A DNA stretch of 64,000 bases from Perna viridis (Eukaryota). Below are positions 13,090 through 26,296 of this stretch, in pieces; the stretch's first letter is position 1; every line of letters begins with the position of its first letter. The translations under genes were made by a program, and so were the position numbers. The notes beneath the pieces are model-generated. The model searched no databases. It was not told the origin of the DNA and saw nothing but the letters and a program-made list of their open reading frames with translations. The DNA lies in assembly GCA_037379345.1 (NCBI GenBank), contig CM074524.1:5677635-5741634 (forward strand), in the 5' to 3' direction.

Positions 13090-13420
13090 TCCGAAAACAT
13101 TGGATCAGTGTTTATAGGAAATCTCCACTGTGTTTACTTAAAAAAAACCCTATTCAAACCCCACCGCAGATTTCATGCGCCTGTCCACAGTCAGGAGATG
13201 TTTGTCGTGAATATGTCTTTTAGGGGTTATATTACTTTTTAATTTGATTTTGAAGAATTTTCATCATTCGTTGTTGTCGAGGCCTTTCCCAGCTTACTCA
13301 TAAAGATGTGTTTATACTCATTAAAGATCTTCTGGTGATCTCTAAAAGTATTTACTATTCTGTATTTAGGTTATACCCGGGTGCTTTTGTTTCGTTTCAC
13401 CATATCCATTCTTTTTCAGC
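13090..13420 (+). repeat. Dispersed ~330-bp repeat; other copies at 14085-14340 (+), 15940-16265 (-) and 22200-22560 (-)
   Basis: Shared motifs TTCATGCGCCTGTCCACAGTC, GATTTTGAAGAATT and ACTATTCTGTATTTAGGTTATAC. Confidence 0.85.
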
Positions 13421-13719
13421 GACATTTTTTGAAAGATAAAATAAATTCTATTTCAACATTAGTATGCCTTGTGAAGATTTTAACAAATCTTTTTTTATTC
13501 ACTATTTTAACGTTTTTTCTCTCGATTAGCAATTTCCGTACAATATTTGAATTTTGTCGGCAGATGAAAGTACAACAGGAGATATCTTTAGTTGTCTTAC
13601 TTGAATGTACCGAATGTACCATTGCCAAATTTTCAAAAGACTTAGGAAAGAAAACAATGTTTTCGCTTTTACTTGATAAAAACGAACTTACCAACTAATA
13701 TTTTTCAAATTATTATTTC

Positions 13720-13850
13720 AAAGAGTAATAAAAGTGACCAAAATTCTAGCGGAAATCAAAAGAATTTAATCCAGGGGCAAAAACCAGACATGGGAAACAG
13801 ACAAAACAAGAAAGAACATAAAGTTACTAAAACATACATACGAAATATAC
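13720..13850 (-). mobile_element. Naiad-like 3' tip inserted downstream of a peptide-gene last exon (shared with 27345-27475)
   Basis: AAGAGTAATAAA...CCAGACATGGGAAACAGAC; same junction and diagnostic variants in the inverted copy at 27345-27475. Confidence 0.8.
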
Positions 13851-13955
13851 ATTTAAAGGAAGGAAAAGTGTAAAGAATAGTTAAAGGGTTAAAAAGTTCA
13901 TATATCATCACTTAGTTTTACAGCATAAATGTTCAGTCCAAAGACGTCTTTGATA

Positions 13956-13980
13956 TTACTTAATTCTCCTGCAGTATCTA
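13956..13980 (-). pseudogene. Orphan last exon of the small secreted-peptide gene (5'-truncated third copy)
   Basis: tttcttTCAG|TAGATACTGCAGGAGAATTAAGTAA versus GAGATACTGCAGGAGAAGTAAAGTAA at 27215; 1-nt deletion; homology stops near 14085. Confidence 0.75.
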
Positions 13981-16900
13981 CTGAAAGAAATGAAATACAA
14001 ATTTGCTACTTTCAAATATTACCAAATATTTAGCAAATACCCAGATGTACAGATGAGTTTTAGAGAACATGAGTAGTTATTCAGAATTCATGCGCCTGTC
14101 CACAGTCGAGAGAATTTTGTCATGAATGTGTCTTTGAGTGGTTATATTACTTTTTAATTTGATTTTGAAGAATTGTCATCACTCAGTTACTTTGTTGTCG
14201 AGGCCTTCCACAGCTTGCTTAAAGATGTGTTTTCGCGCATTAAAATGCTTTGGTGATGTCAAAAAGTATCTACTATTCTGTATTTAGGTTATACACTGGT
14301 GCATTGGTTACGTTTCACTATATCCGTTCTTTTTTAATGACATAAAATAAAATTCATTGAACTTTAATGTGTTCAATCCCGAGTGCTTGCTTATATTGCA
14401 ATTTTGCTCAATATGGTCTAATTTTATATGTAATTGTTCAGACCGAAATGGCCGTTTAAGACTTCGACAAAAGTAATAGTGTCTCACTCCGGCGCCCCGC
14501 TCATTAACGGTGAAAAAATAATGAGTTAGTTACCTGTTACCTAATAATAACAATGTAATATGAAACAGTGTTATTTAAAGCATTTATGAACCGTCGATGG
14601 TATACCAATCAATGGCTTGACAACTGTATGACGGCGGCATCGTTCATATTGATAAGATTTGTTTTCAATTCATATAGGTTTACGTCGTGTCATACATTGT
14701 GCATTTGCGTGTAGGAATATATACATGTTTGTAAAGAGGCACTAATGGTGAACTGGATCATGACAGCTGTATATTTTCCGTTTTAATCAAATTTCTTTTG
14801 TATAATTGTTTTTGGTTGAACCTACAGTGTAATTGGACCACCATTTATTCTTACATATTATTATTATATATATATATTTTACAGTTTTTCATTGTCAGAA
14901 TTTTTAAATCGGCTGGGTGAAAATTTTTGGGGCCGCACGCTCGTACCCTTTTACCTGTTATGTTACCCTCCCCCCTTTCCGCCGTGCTCCTATGGTGCTC
15001 TTATAGAAACAAAATTACAAGTAGTATTAGTACTACGATTAATAGAGTGGGTATATGTACTTAGTACTACATGTCGAAGAGGCTCGTAATTACTTTGTTA
15101 CTTTCATGGTTTAAGATTCTGTGTACCCTGTCCCTTCCGCTTACAAAATCTGGCTGAATATTTAGAATATTGCAAGAAATTACTTTCGCTGTTCCCTTGT
15201 AGGCTAGTCAACTAGATCTCCTATCGAGGTTTAAATAAAAGTAAAAAAAAATACATCTTCCTTGGTAATCTTGTATTGGTAATTTTGCAGTGGATGACAG
15301 TCCAAGCCAAGCAAGGAACTAAACCAGGAACCTTCCACGAGCGAAACTACTACTGCGCAGATTGGCGACTCGTGTTGATGATACCACAAAAAAATTCTCC
15401 TTTTTTGAATGAGACATTTGAGTGATTTTTTGGATATCCCTATAAAAAATATTTGCTACAATTTTAACAATACCAAATATATGCCCAGTTTTTCTTTGAA
15501 ATATTTATTTCTAATTTAATACAATTATGTATAAAGAATTCCAAAGTTGCTTTTATTCATGATATTGGTAACATATTATTATAATAATTATAAAATACAC
15601 ATTTTAGTACAGTAATAGTGATCATGTTCCTTCTGATCGCCATTCTGTACAATACGTACTTTATGAACATATGCCGGCACTTGTACATACATGGATAACA
15701 TGCCTTGCTATTATAACCTTAAACCCACCGGGACGGGCCAGTGTTTTTCACAAATATGATCGAACACAAACGTGATCGCAGGCTGCAGCTGCAAAAAAAG
15801 TCTGTTTGGCTTTTTCTGCCATACCTTTCATTTATAATACATGTTCTTTCTACATCGGGGTCTTTGAAACTGATGTGGCATTGACACTCATCGACCTACA
15901 TTCGCTGACTTTCATTCGTTTCAAAATTGAAAACATCGCGTAACAAATGCACCAACGTGTAACCAAAATACAGTATAGTAAATACTTGCAGAGATCACCA
16001 AAGAAAAGTCTTCAATAAGTGTAAACACAGCTATAAGTAAGCTTTCGAAGGCCCAAAATCAAAATAATAAAATCCACGGTAACTGAACGACGACAATTCT
16101 TCAAAATCAAAGATTAATATTACCACATAAAGACACATTTATGGTCAACATCTGTTGACTGTGGACAGGCGCACGCGTGAAATCGGCGGTGGGGTTTAAA
16201 TAGTTTTATAAGTATACAAAGTGGAGATTTCCTATCCACTGCTCCAATATTTTCAAAAGAGTGAACAATACAGATGTTTTTAGACGGTAAGGTACGAAGA
16301 CGAAAAAAAAACATATCAATAAAATTCCAACGAGTAACTGATTTCCACATGTTTTCTCCCTCATCTCTAAGTGCTTCAACGTGCCTATGCTTGTCATTGA
16401 AATTTGAGTATCAAATATAACGCCACCACTGGTATCAGATTTTTGTGACAGGAAATCTTTTACTTTGAAAGACTTGATTTTTAAGCCTTAAAGACTTATT
16501 CTTTGAAATGGTAATTAGTTCTTCCACTTAAATATTTTATTTGTGAATCATATATGGTTTCATATATGAAATGTTAAAGCCATGAAAATAATCTTGTTTT
16601 TAGTCAATATGTCTTTTTTTTTTATCTCAGATATAATGATAAATAGGGAATGTAAGCACGCTTCCATGGTTCTCGAAGTCACTGTAGTACTTTTTGTGGT
16701 TGTTGTATGTTTAGCAATTAATTTTCATTATATGGCTTTCAATCTATGCTGCTTTTACAGGCATATATTTAAGAACCAATATATAGATAGTAGCCTAACG
16801 GATAATATGATATTTAACATAATATTATTTTAAAAAATTTAAAAAGTGAGTGTTTACCAAATTAACATTTAGAAACATACGCCAATTTCAGTTTATTGGA

Positions 16901-17129
16901 GACTTGTGCAACAATTATGTACAATTTCGACACGAGAAAAGACTGAGTATCAAGGCACTTCTATATTAAGTTTAATAGAATGGTGTCAAAATATCGACAG
17001 TGAACACGTATGTAATGGATATTGAATGAATAATGTAAGAAAATATATAAAACACTATTTGTTCGTGAAAGTATTCTATTTCGTTTAAGATAGCATGTGA
17101 AATGAGAAACATATTTATATCATTTGTTA

Positions 17130-17590
17130 ATGTTGTGCAAATTCGTCTACTTCAGATATATCTCAACATGCTGCACACTTTTAACAAATGTCAGAATTTT
17201 ACTAAGCATGATGGTTTTGGAGATATATGCTAAAAACTGTCTGACCACAACTTTTAGTAACTTGGTCATGTTTTTCGACAAATAGACAATGCCAACATTA
17301 TGTCTATGAAAAATACCCTCGGAATCATTCATAACAAATTTGGTTCAAGTTTATCCAGTAGTAACAGAGAAGTGTATCAAAGTTATAACGTTTAAAATAA
17401 CAAGTAATGTTGAAAAGGGGGAAATAACTACAACATGCCGTTAACAATTTTACACGAAAATATGGCTTCAGATAGATCTCATCATGCTGAACACTTTAAC
17501 CCAGTGTCCAAATTGTGCTTAACTTATGGTTTTGGATGCAAAAAACTTCTGTCTGAGCTCAATTTTTAATAACAGTAGCGATGATTTGAC
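17130..17590. repeat. Degenerate internal repeats of a Helentron/HINE-like element (similar to 35040-35260)
   Basis: Two related units (CTTCAGATA...CATGCTG...ATGGTTTTGGA...TGTCTGA) at ~17150 and ~17465. Confidence 0.55.
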
Positions 17591-17896
17591 GGATTAAAAT
17601 ATGTAGCAATTTCTTGTAAAATATTTAAATTCTGTCGGCAGTTGAAAGTGTAACAGGACACATCTTAAGCTATCTTTATTTTAATATATCGAATGTACAT
17701 ATTGCCCATGAATTTCCAAAAGAGAAAAAAAATTGATTTTGCTTTGACTTGATAAAAACAAAATTACCAACCAATATTTTTCAAATCATTTTTTTTAAGA
17801 AAGAAAAATGTACAGAGTAGGTAAAGGGTTACAAAAGTTTATATATTATTACTGAGCATTAAAACATAGATAGTCAGTCCAAAAACATCTTTTGCG

Positions 17897-17922
17897 TTAC
17901 TTGTCTTCTCCTGTAGTGTCTC
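17897..17922 (-). CDS. Small secreted peptide gene, copy 1, last coding exon: (G)DTTGEDK*
   Basis: Pyrimidine-rich acceptor atctttCAG; phase 1 matches the donor at 18309; exon length and stop position conserved in copy 2. Confidence 0.7.
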
Positions 17923-18309
17923 CTGAAAGATATAAAATGCTTATTTACTATTTTCAATTAAATACCAAATATTTCGAAAATATTCAAACATGCAGTTTGT
18001 TCTTGATCAATATAGTAGTTAATTCAGAATTTCAACTTTACTGTAGGTCAGGATCGATATAACACTGATACTTATTTATCTCTTAATGGATGTTTGACTA
18101 CCTTTATCGTTGCATGTTGTTTTATTTTATCATTATCATAATTATATTTAGTGTCTTTTGAAGAACAAAAATACCAATGATACACTGTTCATTAATAATA
18201 AAAAAAATATGTTAACATAGTTTGAAAAGAAAAGATGTTTACATTTATGTATACAATGTATACGTATAAAATGTAAGAAATATTCATATAATTATATCTA
18301 AGTATTTAC

Positions 18310-18448
18310 CATGCAGACGGCCACGCCGGCTAGGCGGCGTATAAACTAATCGTCCTTGGATAAGTTTTTTTCTGCCATAAGATATTTCTCCATGACATAG
18401 TGCAATTATTGCAAGTAAGATAATCGTGATTATCTTAAAAATCTGCAT
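18310..18448 (-). CDS. Small secreted peptide gene, copy 1, first coding exon: MQIFKIITIILLAIIALCHG-EISYGRKKLIQGRLVYTPPSRRGRLH
   Basis: AAAATG start context, 20-aa signal peptide ending CHG, cationic mature region, G|GTAAAT donor, upstream acceptor tgttttCAG at 18472; frame preserved in the paralogue despite indels. Confidence 0.75.
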
Positions 18449-18685
18449 TTTCTCATTCAATTCTTCAGTCGCTGAAAACATTGAACTTATTCATTTGGTA
18501 ATGTAAAAATTAATTTTATTAGAATACTCAGAAATAGATGTTCTGGTGGTGTAAGATGAACAGAGGAAATGATAGTCTAATATGTTCAACAAATTTCTGT
18601 ATTTATTTGGAACTGCTTTCTTCTCAATAAAACTTATGACTTTAATGATCAATTCTTAAATTAAAGTGATTGAGATTCGATCAAA

Positions 18686-18692
18686 TTTTATA
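18686..18692 (-). promoter_or_regulatory. Putative TATA box of peptide gene copy 1
   Basis: TATAAAA on - strand followed by GAATCTCAATCA; both conserved at 26053 in copy 2. Confidence 0.45.
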
Positions 18693-18849
18693 TAATATAT
18701 TCATAACCATGATAGTTCTATGAGGTAGCATGTATATATAGGATTGTGTTTAACGATGATATGCACGTTAACCGTGAAAATTGAACAAATATTTTCAAAC
18801 CGTTTTCGAAATGTCATCGGGAACATAATTTGAGATCATAACGAATTTT

Positions 18850-19355
18850 AAAGTTCCTACAAATCAATACATTACAATGCGCTTGTAATCTAATATAATT
18901 AATTACCTTTTTTAAATCAGCTTTTTCATCAAGAAATCGCTCCAAGATACATTCGATCGTTGGAACGTTCTTGCTATTTATGGAAAAATGAGAATCTCGG
19001 TCACCTTTACCTACCACGTGACATCTTCCATCGCCTTGACATTCTATGTGATATCATTCATACAAAGATACAAAGGATTCATTTTTTTATTTAAAAATAG
19101 TATCTCTTAACCTTTGAAATTTGATCTGGAAAAGTCGTTCATCTAATAGCTTTCGTATTAAAAATTCCTTCTCAGACGCGATTTGTAAGTATTGTTAACT
19201 ACTTATATGTTCTATATTTAGTCACAAATATGTCATACTTTATTGATATACTGTAGATTCAGAAATTGTTGTGATGTTTCTTTTTATTGAAGAAAAAATG
19301 CTAAAGACACTATTTCACTTTTATCTCAAAACTCGCACAGTTAAAGTTTTGGCGT
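18850..19355 (-). repeat. Upstream segment present three times (also 21110-21830 + and 25140-25800 +)
   Basis: GAATGTCAAGGCGATGGAAG and CTGTGCGAGTTTTGAGATAAAAGTGAAATAGTGTC in all three copies. Confidence 0.9.
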
Positions 19356-20054
19356 AAAACTTCTGTAGTGATGACTTCAACCTTGTAGCAACATGACCCT
19401 GTTCGAAAAGCCTACTTGTTAGATTCTAGCGCGATACAGAAAGTCAAGATAGTTTTAGCAAGCTCTGGCATAACGTATGGGTTGTGATATGAACAATCCA
19501 TACGCTGGTGCTGAAGGGATGTTGCCACAAATAAAAGGAAAGCTGACAATTCTGAATGAAAAATAAACACGTTTTTTCGTAAAGTTTGGTCAATAGTTTC
19601 CCCTTGCCATCGATTTCTAAGTGTATGTCAAGATATGCAGCTGACTTCACAATGTCTGTAGTATCCTTTATCTCAAGTTCTTTTGGGTAGATATGATGTA
19701 TCAAATCCCCGAAATTAGGATTGTTTAAAGATAATACGTCATCTATATATATATATATAGGAAACTGAGATTAAAGGATCTAGCTAAACGATATTGTCTC
19801 TTTCTGATCAGATTTGCTATAAAGTCAGCCCCTGAAGAGTGAACGAATAGGTCAGCATGTAGGGGAGAACAATTTGTACCCATTGGAATGCCGACCGCTT
19901 GTTGAAAAACGCGTCTACCACACTGGACAAATATCTTCTTCCTTATTTTTGGAAGATGATTTGGAATTATTTTTTCAAAGTATGTGGAATCTTTAGAAAG
20001 GCCTATATATTTGTATCTAGGTGTACCATCTTTCTTTGGAAAAACAACGATGTA
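19355..20054 (-). mobile_element. Naiad-like RT fragment, left arm of fold-back
   Basis: YPKELEIKDTTD, YLDIHLEIDGKGKLLTKLY, GIPMGTNC; reverse complement of ~20398-21110. Confidence 0.9.
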
Positions 20055-21110
20055 CTACCACACTCTCCAAAGAAGAGATAGTGGAAAACCATAATTCTGT
20101 GCTATCCTCTTTTGGTCTTTCTCCTAAGGACGATGATTGCTATTTACCGTCTATATACTGGATTCCTAAAGTCCACAAGAATCCATACAAACAACGTTAT
20201 ATAGCTGGATCTTCGAAATGTACCACCAAACCTTTTTTTAAAACTTTTAAATGTAGATCCTGAACAATTTCAAAGAACTTTTGGAGGCAATCTATTCAAA
20301 ACTATTATCAGAATATAATAGCATTAAAACAAATGATTTTTCAACACTGTATACTTCTATTCCCTATACTCAGTTAAAATCCCGACTTTAAAACATAATA
20401 CATCGTTGTTTGTCAAAAAATGTGGTATATCTAGATACATATATATATATGTCTTGCTAAATTTTCTTCATTCTTTGAAAGAAATAACTCCAAATCATCT
20501 TCCAAATACACAGAAGAAGATGTTTACAAAATGCTGGAATTTTTAATCGACAACATATTTGTCCAGTGTGGTTGACGCGTTTTACAACAAACATTCGGCA
20601 TTCCAATGGAAACAAATTGTGATCCACTACTTGATGACCTATTCATTCATTCTTCAGGGGCTGACTTTATAGCTAATCTGATCAGAAAGAAAGAATATTG
20701 TTTAGCTAGATCCTTTATCTCAGTTTCCGCTATATAGATGATGTATTATCTTTAAACAATTGTAATTTTGGGGATTTGATACATCGCCTCTACCCAAAAG
20801 AACTTGTGATAAAGGATACTACAGACACTATCAACTGCTTATCTTGACCTACACATAAAAATCGAAAACTATTGACAATACTTTACCACAAAGGTGATGA
20901 TTTTTCATTCATAATTGTAAACTTTCCTTTCATCTGTGGCAACATCCCTTCAGCACCAGCGTATGGATTGTTCATATCACAACCCATACGTTATGCCAGA
21001 GCTTGCTGAAACTACGTAGACTTTTTGTATCGCGCTAGAATTCTAACAAAAAGGCTTCTCGAAAAGGATTATGTTGCTACAAGATTTAAGTCATCACTAC
21101 AGAAGTTTTA
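20055..21110 (+). mobile_element. Naiad-like RT fragment, spacer plus right arm of fold-back
   Basis: LPSIYWIPKVHKNPYKQRYIAGSSKCTTKP, DFSTLYTSIP, GIPMETNC, FRYIDD; multiple stops and frameshifts. Confidence 0.9.
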
Positions 21111-22559
21111 CGCCAAAACTTTAACTGTGCGAGTTTTGAGATAAAAGTGAAATAGTGTCTTTAGCATTTATTTTTCAATAATAAGAAACATCACAACAAT
21201 TTCTGAATCTACAGTATATCAATAAAGTATAACATTTTTGGGACTAAATATTGAACATTTAAGTAGTTAAAAATACTTTCATACATTCGTCACACTTACG
21301 AATCACGTCTGAAAAGGAATTTTAAATACAGAAGCTATTAAATGAACAACTTTTCCAGGTCAAATTTCAAAGGTTAAGAGATACGATTTTTAAATAAAAA
21401 CTGAATCCTTTGTATCTTTGTATGTATGATATTAGATAGAATGTCAAGGCGATGGAAGGTGTCACATGGTAGGTAAGGGTGACCGAGATTCTCTTTTTTT
21501 CTATAAATAACAAGAAAGTTTCAGCCATTGAATGTATCTTAGAGAGATTTCTTGGTGAAAAGGTTGATTTTAAAAAGGTTGTTAATTATATAAGATTGCA
21601 CGCGTATTGTAGTGTGTTGACTTTTAGATTTAAAGAATAGTTTTCCATTCACATATCATTTGCGTGCAAACTTTTTTTTTTGTGACTGAATGTGTAGTAT
21701 TAGAACAAGACATTTTCATTTAAGGGAAGGAAAATAATAAAATTAGATTTTTTGATAGCTGAACACGAATCACACATTCAACTTGGTTACTTTCGCATGG
21801 CCTCTTAATGAATGAAAATGTGTTGCTTTGCAATGTAAATACTTCAATATAAATAATATATATGTATATTTCTCTTTCCATTGTAAACAAGAGTTTAAGT
21901 AAATGTCTTTTTGTTAATTTTTATCACAGTATTCAAGAGTAAGTGCGCGATTTTATTTTCTTTCAAAATATGAGTATGCTTGCAGCTTACTTTGGTTGTC
22001 ACGGAGGACGAATTCATTTCTGCTTAAAATGCTCAGTTTTGAAACAAAATCATTTTAATATGCATTTTTCCGATTATGAAAAAATACTACATAATTGCTA
22101 CATAATCACGAGAACATACGTAAAAATGGTGAAAAAAGAGCAGTTGAAACCATCACGCGACCAAGGTATACTATTGTTCAAGTGTAATTTTATTTTATAA
22201 AAAAATGTTATTGAAAAAGAACGGATATGGTAAAAGGTAACAAATGCACCAGAGTATAACCTAAATACAGAATAGTAAATATTTTTAGAGATCATCAAAT
22301 GATCTTTAATAAGTGAAAACACATCTTTAAGTAAGCTGTGGAAGGCCTCGACAACAAAATAACTGAATGATGATAATTCTTCAAAATCAAATTAAAAAGT
22401 AATATAACCACACAAAAGCACATTCATAACAAATATCTCCTGACTTTGGACAGGCGCATAAAATCTGTGATGAGGTTTCAATAGTTTTATTTTCTAACTA
22501 AACACAGAGGAGATTTCCTATATACACTCGTCAATTGTTTTCAAAAGAGTGAAAAAAGA

Positions 22560-23820
22560 TAAGCGTCTTTTGTATTTCTAGAACCACCCACTGTGTTGCT
22601 CATAAAAAGTCACATTCTGGGTAGAAGAAGGAAAAAACAAAACTATGACATGGTATGGAAGTCTATTTCTGTCATCGTGATAAATAAATGATGCAAAAAT
22701 TATCTCGAAAAGTCGTGATAATTTGGGTATTTTGTCGACATAAATGACAATTTTATCTAAAAAAGTCACGATAATTTTTCGCAATAATTAAGATAATTAT
22801 GTCGACCGTTCGATATAATTACATGAATTATCGCGACTTTAAGGGAACCGACGACAACTTGTGCCTTTGACATCAAATATTTTCACGATAAATTATGACA
22901 ATTGTACACTAATACAACGACTTTATGAGCTAATTATCATGACAAATCGTGATATATTATCGCAACTGGTCGGAAAGTTATGATGTTTAAGATATCTGTC
23001 GACATTAACTATCGCAATCTGAGAATTTAAAGTTGTGAAAATGCCAAGTAGTGTCAACAACAAAACATGCGAGTTGCGATATATCATGTTGACGTTTTCG
23101 TGAATGAACTTGGCTTATTGACTATATCTCGACAAAAGCTAGTTTTTCGGGGTAAGTTACGAAAACTTATCGTGACTTTTTGAGATGAAATTGTCGTTTA
23201 TGTCGACAAAATACACTAATTATCATGACTTTTCGAGATAATTTTTCGCGACTTTTATTTATCTTGATGACAGAAATAGACTTCCATAACATGGTGAACA
23301 AATCGGTTCTCATTGTGTAGGTGGATACACAGTAACGTCCTCGAGTTTATGATGACGACCATAAAACTTCTGTATTGATGACTTCAATCTTATATCAATC
23401 TAGCCCTTTTCCAGAATTCTTATTGTAAGAAGTGCAGCATGGTACAAAAACTCTGCGTAGTTAAGACAAGCTTTGGCATGACATTTGAGTTGTGATATGA
23501 AAACTCCATACGCTACATGTATAAAATCAGCCTCATGAGAGTGAAGGGATAGATCAGCGAGTATTTGTCACAATGGATGGAAAGCCAAACAAGCGTCCAC
23601 CACACTGGCCAAAAATGTCATTGGTAAACTAATCTAACATTTTGAAAACATCTTTTTCGATATATTGTGAAGATGATTTGAAATCGCTTTTTTTTACAAA
23701 GTATGGGGATTCTCTACCAAGAACGGCATGTGCAAATCTCGTTCTAGGTGTACTAATTTTTTCTTGAGTTATAATGGTGTAGAATGTTTTAAAGTTGGGA
23801 TTTCAACTGAATATAGGGAA
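22560..23820 (-). mobile_element. Decayed Naiad-like copy, inverted counterpart of 12305-13070, interrupted by a MITE
   Basis: Same internal deletion junction and the same downstream flanking repeat as the 12.3-kb copy. Confidence 0.85.
22654..23288. mobile_element. 635-bp non-autonomous DNA transposon with ~130-bp TIRs and 6-bp TSD (IS3EU-like termini)
   Basis: Ends TATGGAAGTCTATTTCTGTCATC...GATGACAGAAATAGACTTCCATA; ACATGG duplicated at 22648-22653 and 23289-23294; empty site visible in the paralogous copy near 12970. Confidence 0.9.
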
Positions 23821-24544
23821 CAGATATGTTCAGTTTGTTAAATTTAAATATCCTTTTGGATAAACTTAGATGAAGTTAAAATTGTACAACTACAACATAA
23901 AAAGAAAAAAATTCCTATTTTGCCCGTTTTCCAGTATTCTTTAGCTTTTTTTCCCTTATGCTAATACAGGCTGCTATGCTACTTATTATGTTGTCATTTT
24001 CTTTTACCTTCATGGCTAGTGTGTGACCTCAAGAACATCTGAAACACTAGCAGTGTCTTTGGACCACATGTTATATCTAACGGAGCAATCCGTAATAGAA
24101 AGAACTGGTAAAGACACCATAATTGTTATAGTGCATATCCACAATTTATGTGAAACATGTAATTCATATCTTCCAGAAGCAGATTGCCAATTCATATCTA
24201 ATTTTGTAGACGAAATTTAATGACCTATTGATCATCGCTTAAAATTGGTATAAATTTCCCAGGCAACCTTTTTGTTGTTTTTTTACAACATGAACGTTTA
24301 ATCATATAATCTGTATATTGGACAATACGCATGCGGGAAATATTTTTCACAAGATTTTAACAAATAAAAATAATAACAGGTTTCAAATGAAGTTCACATT
24401 AATTGAGACGTTTCGTGATTTTTACATGAACATTTTATAGGAAGTGTCTGTTAAGGAGGTTGACCAACGGTAATGGATATAACTCTTGAAATCAGTACTA
24501 TGTTTCTATTGTATTTAATTTCACAAAAGTCTATCAAGCTTTTA

Positions 24545-25085
24545 TTTGAAACAGAATGAAATCAGTCTATGTTACTATGATGCTCCCATGATATTGATGT
24601 AAAATGCAGAATACAAACGTTCCAATGATTTGTAAGAGTTGAGTCCCTTACCCTTCTTCTACCACCTTAAATGGAATAACAGGAAAGAATTTCCAACATA
24701 TACTAGTTTGATCAAACCTGAAATTTACTTTCTCTACTGTTGCATTAATTTTACACTAAGTAGAATTGAAACCGTGATGTAAATTGCGATTCTTTTTAAT
24801 GTTAGTTAAAAAGTATCATTGGAATGAAATATTGAATTTTTTTTTTTGAAATCAGTCCAAGTAACTTTGATACTTACATGAGATTAATGTAAAATGCTAA
24901 TTACAAACGTTCTAATGATTTGTAAGAGTTGTATCCCCTACCCTTCGTCTAACACCTGACATGAAATAACCTCACAGGATGTTCGACAAATATAAATTTG
25001 ATCAAATCCAAAATTTACTTTCTATACTCTTACATTAATTTTACACTAAGTTTTTTTTTTCAAACTGTGATGTAAATAGAGATTC
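24545..25085. repeat. Diverged tandem duplication, period ~290 bp
   Basis: GAAATCAGTC...TACAAACGTTC.AATGATTTGTAAGAGTTG...CATTAATTTTACACTAAGT at ~24558 and ~24848. Confidence 0.85.
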
Positions 25086-26052
25086 AGGTCAATGTTAGGT
25101 CAGAAAATATCATGTGCAAATAAAAAAACGGCTTTAGTAACGCCAAAAGTTTACCTGTGCGAGTTTTGAGATAAAAGTGAAATAGTGTCTTTAGAATTTG
25201 TTTTTCAATAATAAGAAACATCGTGACAATTTCTTAATCTACATATGTCAATGAAATATAAGATTTAGGTGACTAAATATAGAATACTTTTAGATACGGC
25301 ATGCTCTCAGATTGCGTTTGAGAGAATATTTTGAATACAAAAGCAAGTAGTTGAAAGACTTTTCCAGATCAAATTTCAAAGGTTAAGGGATATGATTTTT
25401 AAATAACAAAATGAATCCTTTGTACGTTTGTATTAATGATATCAAATAGAATGTCAAGGCGATGGAAGATGTCATGTGGTAGGTAAAGTTGGCCGAGATT
25501 CTTATTTTTTACATAATAAACAACAAAATTCTAGCTATCGAATGTATGTTAGAGAAATTTCTTGGTGAAAAGGCTAATTTAAAAAAAGTAATTAGTTATA
25601 TTAGATTACACGTGTATTGTAATGTGTTGACTGTTTAATTGTAAGAATAGTTTTTTCATTCACTATTTTTGTTTGTAACAAAAAACATCTAAGGGAAGGA
25701 AAATAATAAAATTTGATTTTTTTTCTAGCTGAACACGAATCACACATTAAACTTGGTTTCTTTTTCATGGCCTCTAAATGAATGAACATGTGTTGATTTG
25801 ATGTCTAATGTACACATGTTAATTCACCAAAATATCTCTGGTAAGCTATAGTCATGTTTAATGGTTAAAATATACACATTATATTAACGAATATTTTGTG
25901 TTGGTGGTCATACTTGCAGGAACCTTAACATATTTAAATATGACATTTTGCAAACGGTTTTAAAATATTTGAAGTTCAATTTTCGAGGTTAACTTGCACA
26001 ATCCTATATACACTTGCTACCTCATTGAAGTATCAGGGTTATGAATGTATTA

Positions 26053-26059
26053 TATAAAA
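26053..26059 (+). promoter_or_regulatory. Putative TATA box of peptide gene copy 2
   Basis: TATAAAA positionally conserved with copy 1. Confidence 0.45.
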
Positions 26060-26296
26060 TGTGACCGAATCTCAATCATATTAAGACATGAATGTTAAAG
26101 TCATAGGTTTCCTTGAGAAGGAAGCAGTTCCAGAGAAATATTGAAAGGTGTTGAACATGTCAGACTATTTATCATGTCCTCTGTTCATCTAACACCATCA
26201 GTAAATCTGTGTTGTTGAATATTCCAGTTATGTTTATTTTTACATTACCAAATAAATAAATTCAATGTTTTCAGCGACTGAGAATTGATTAAGAAA

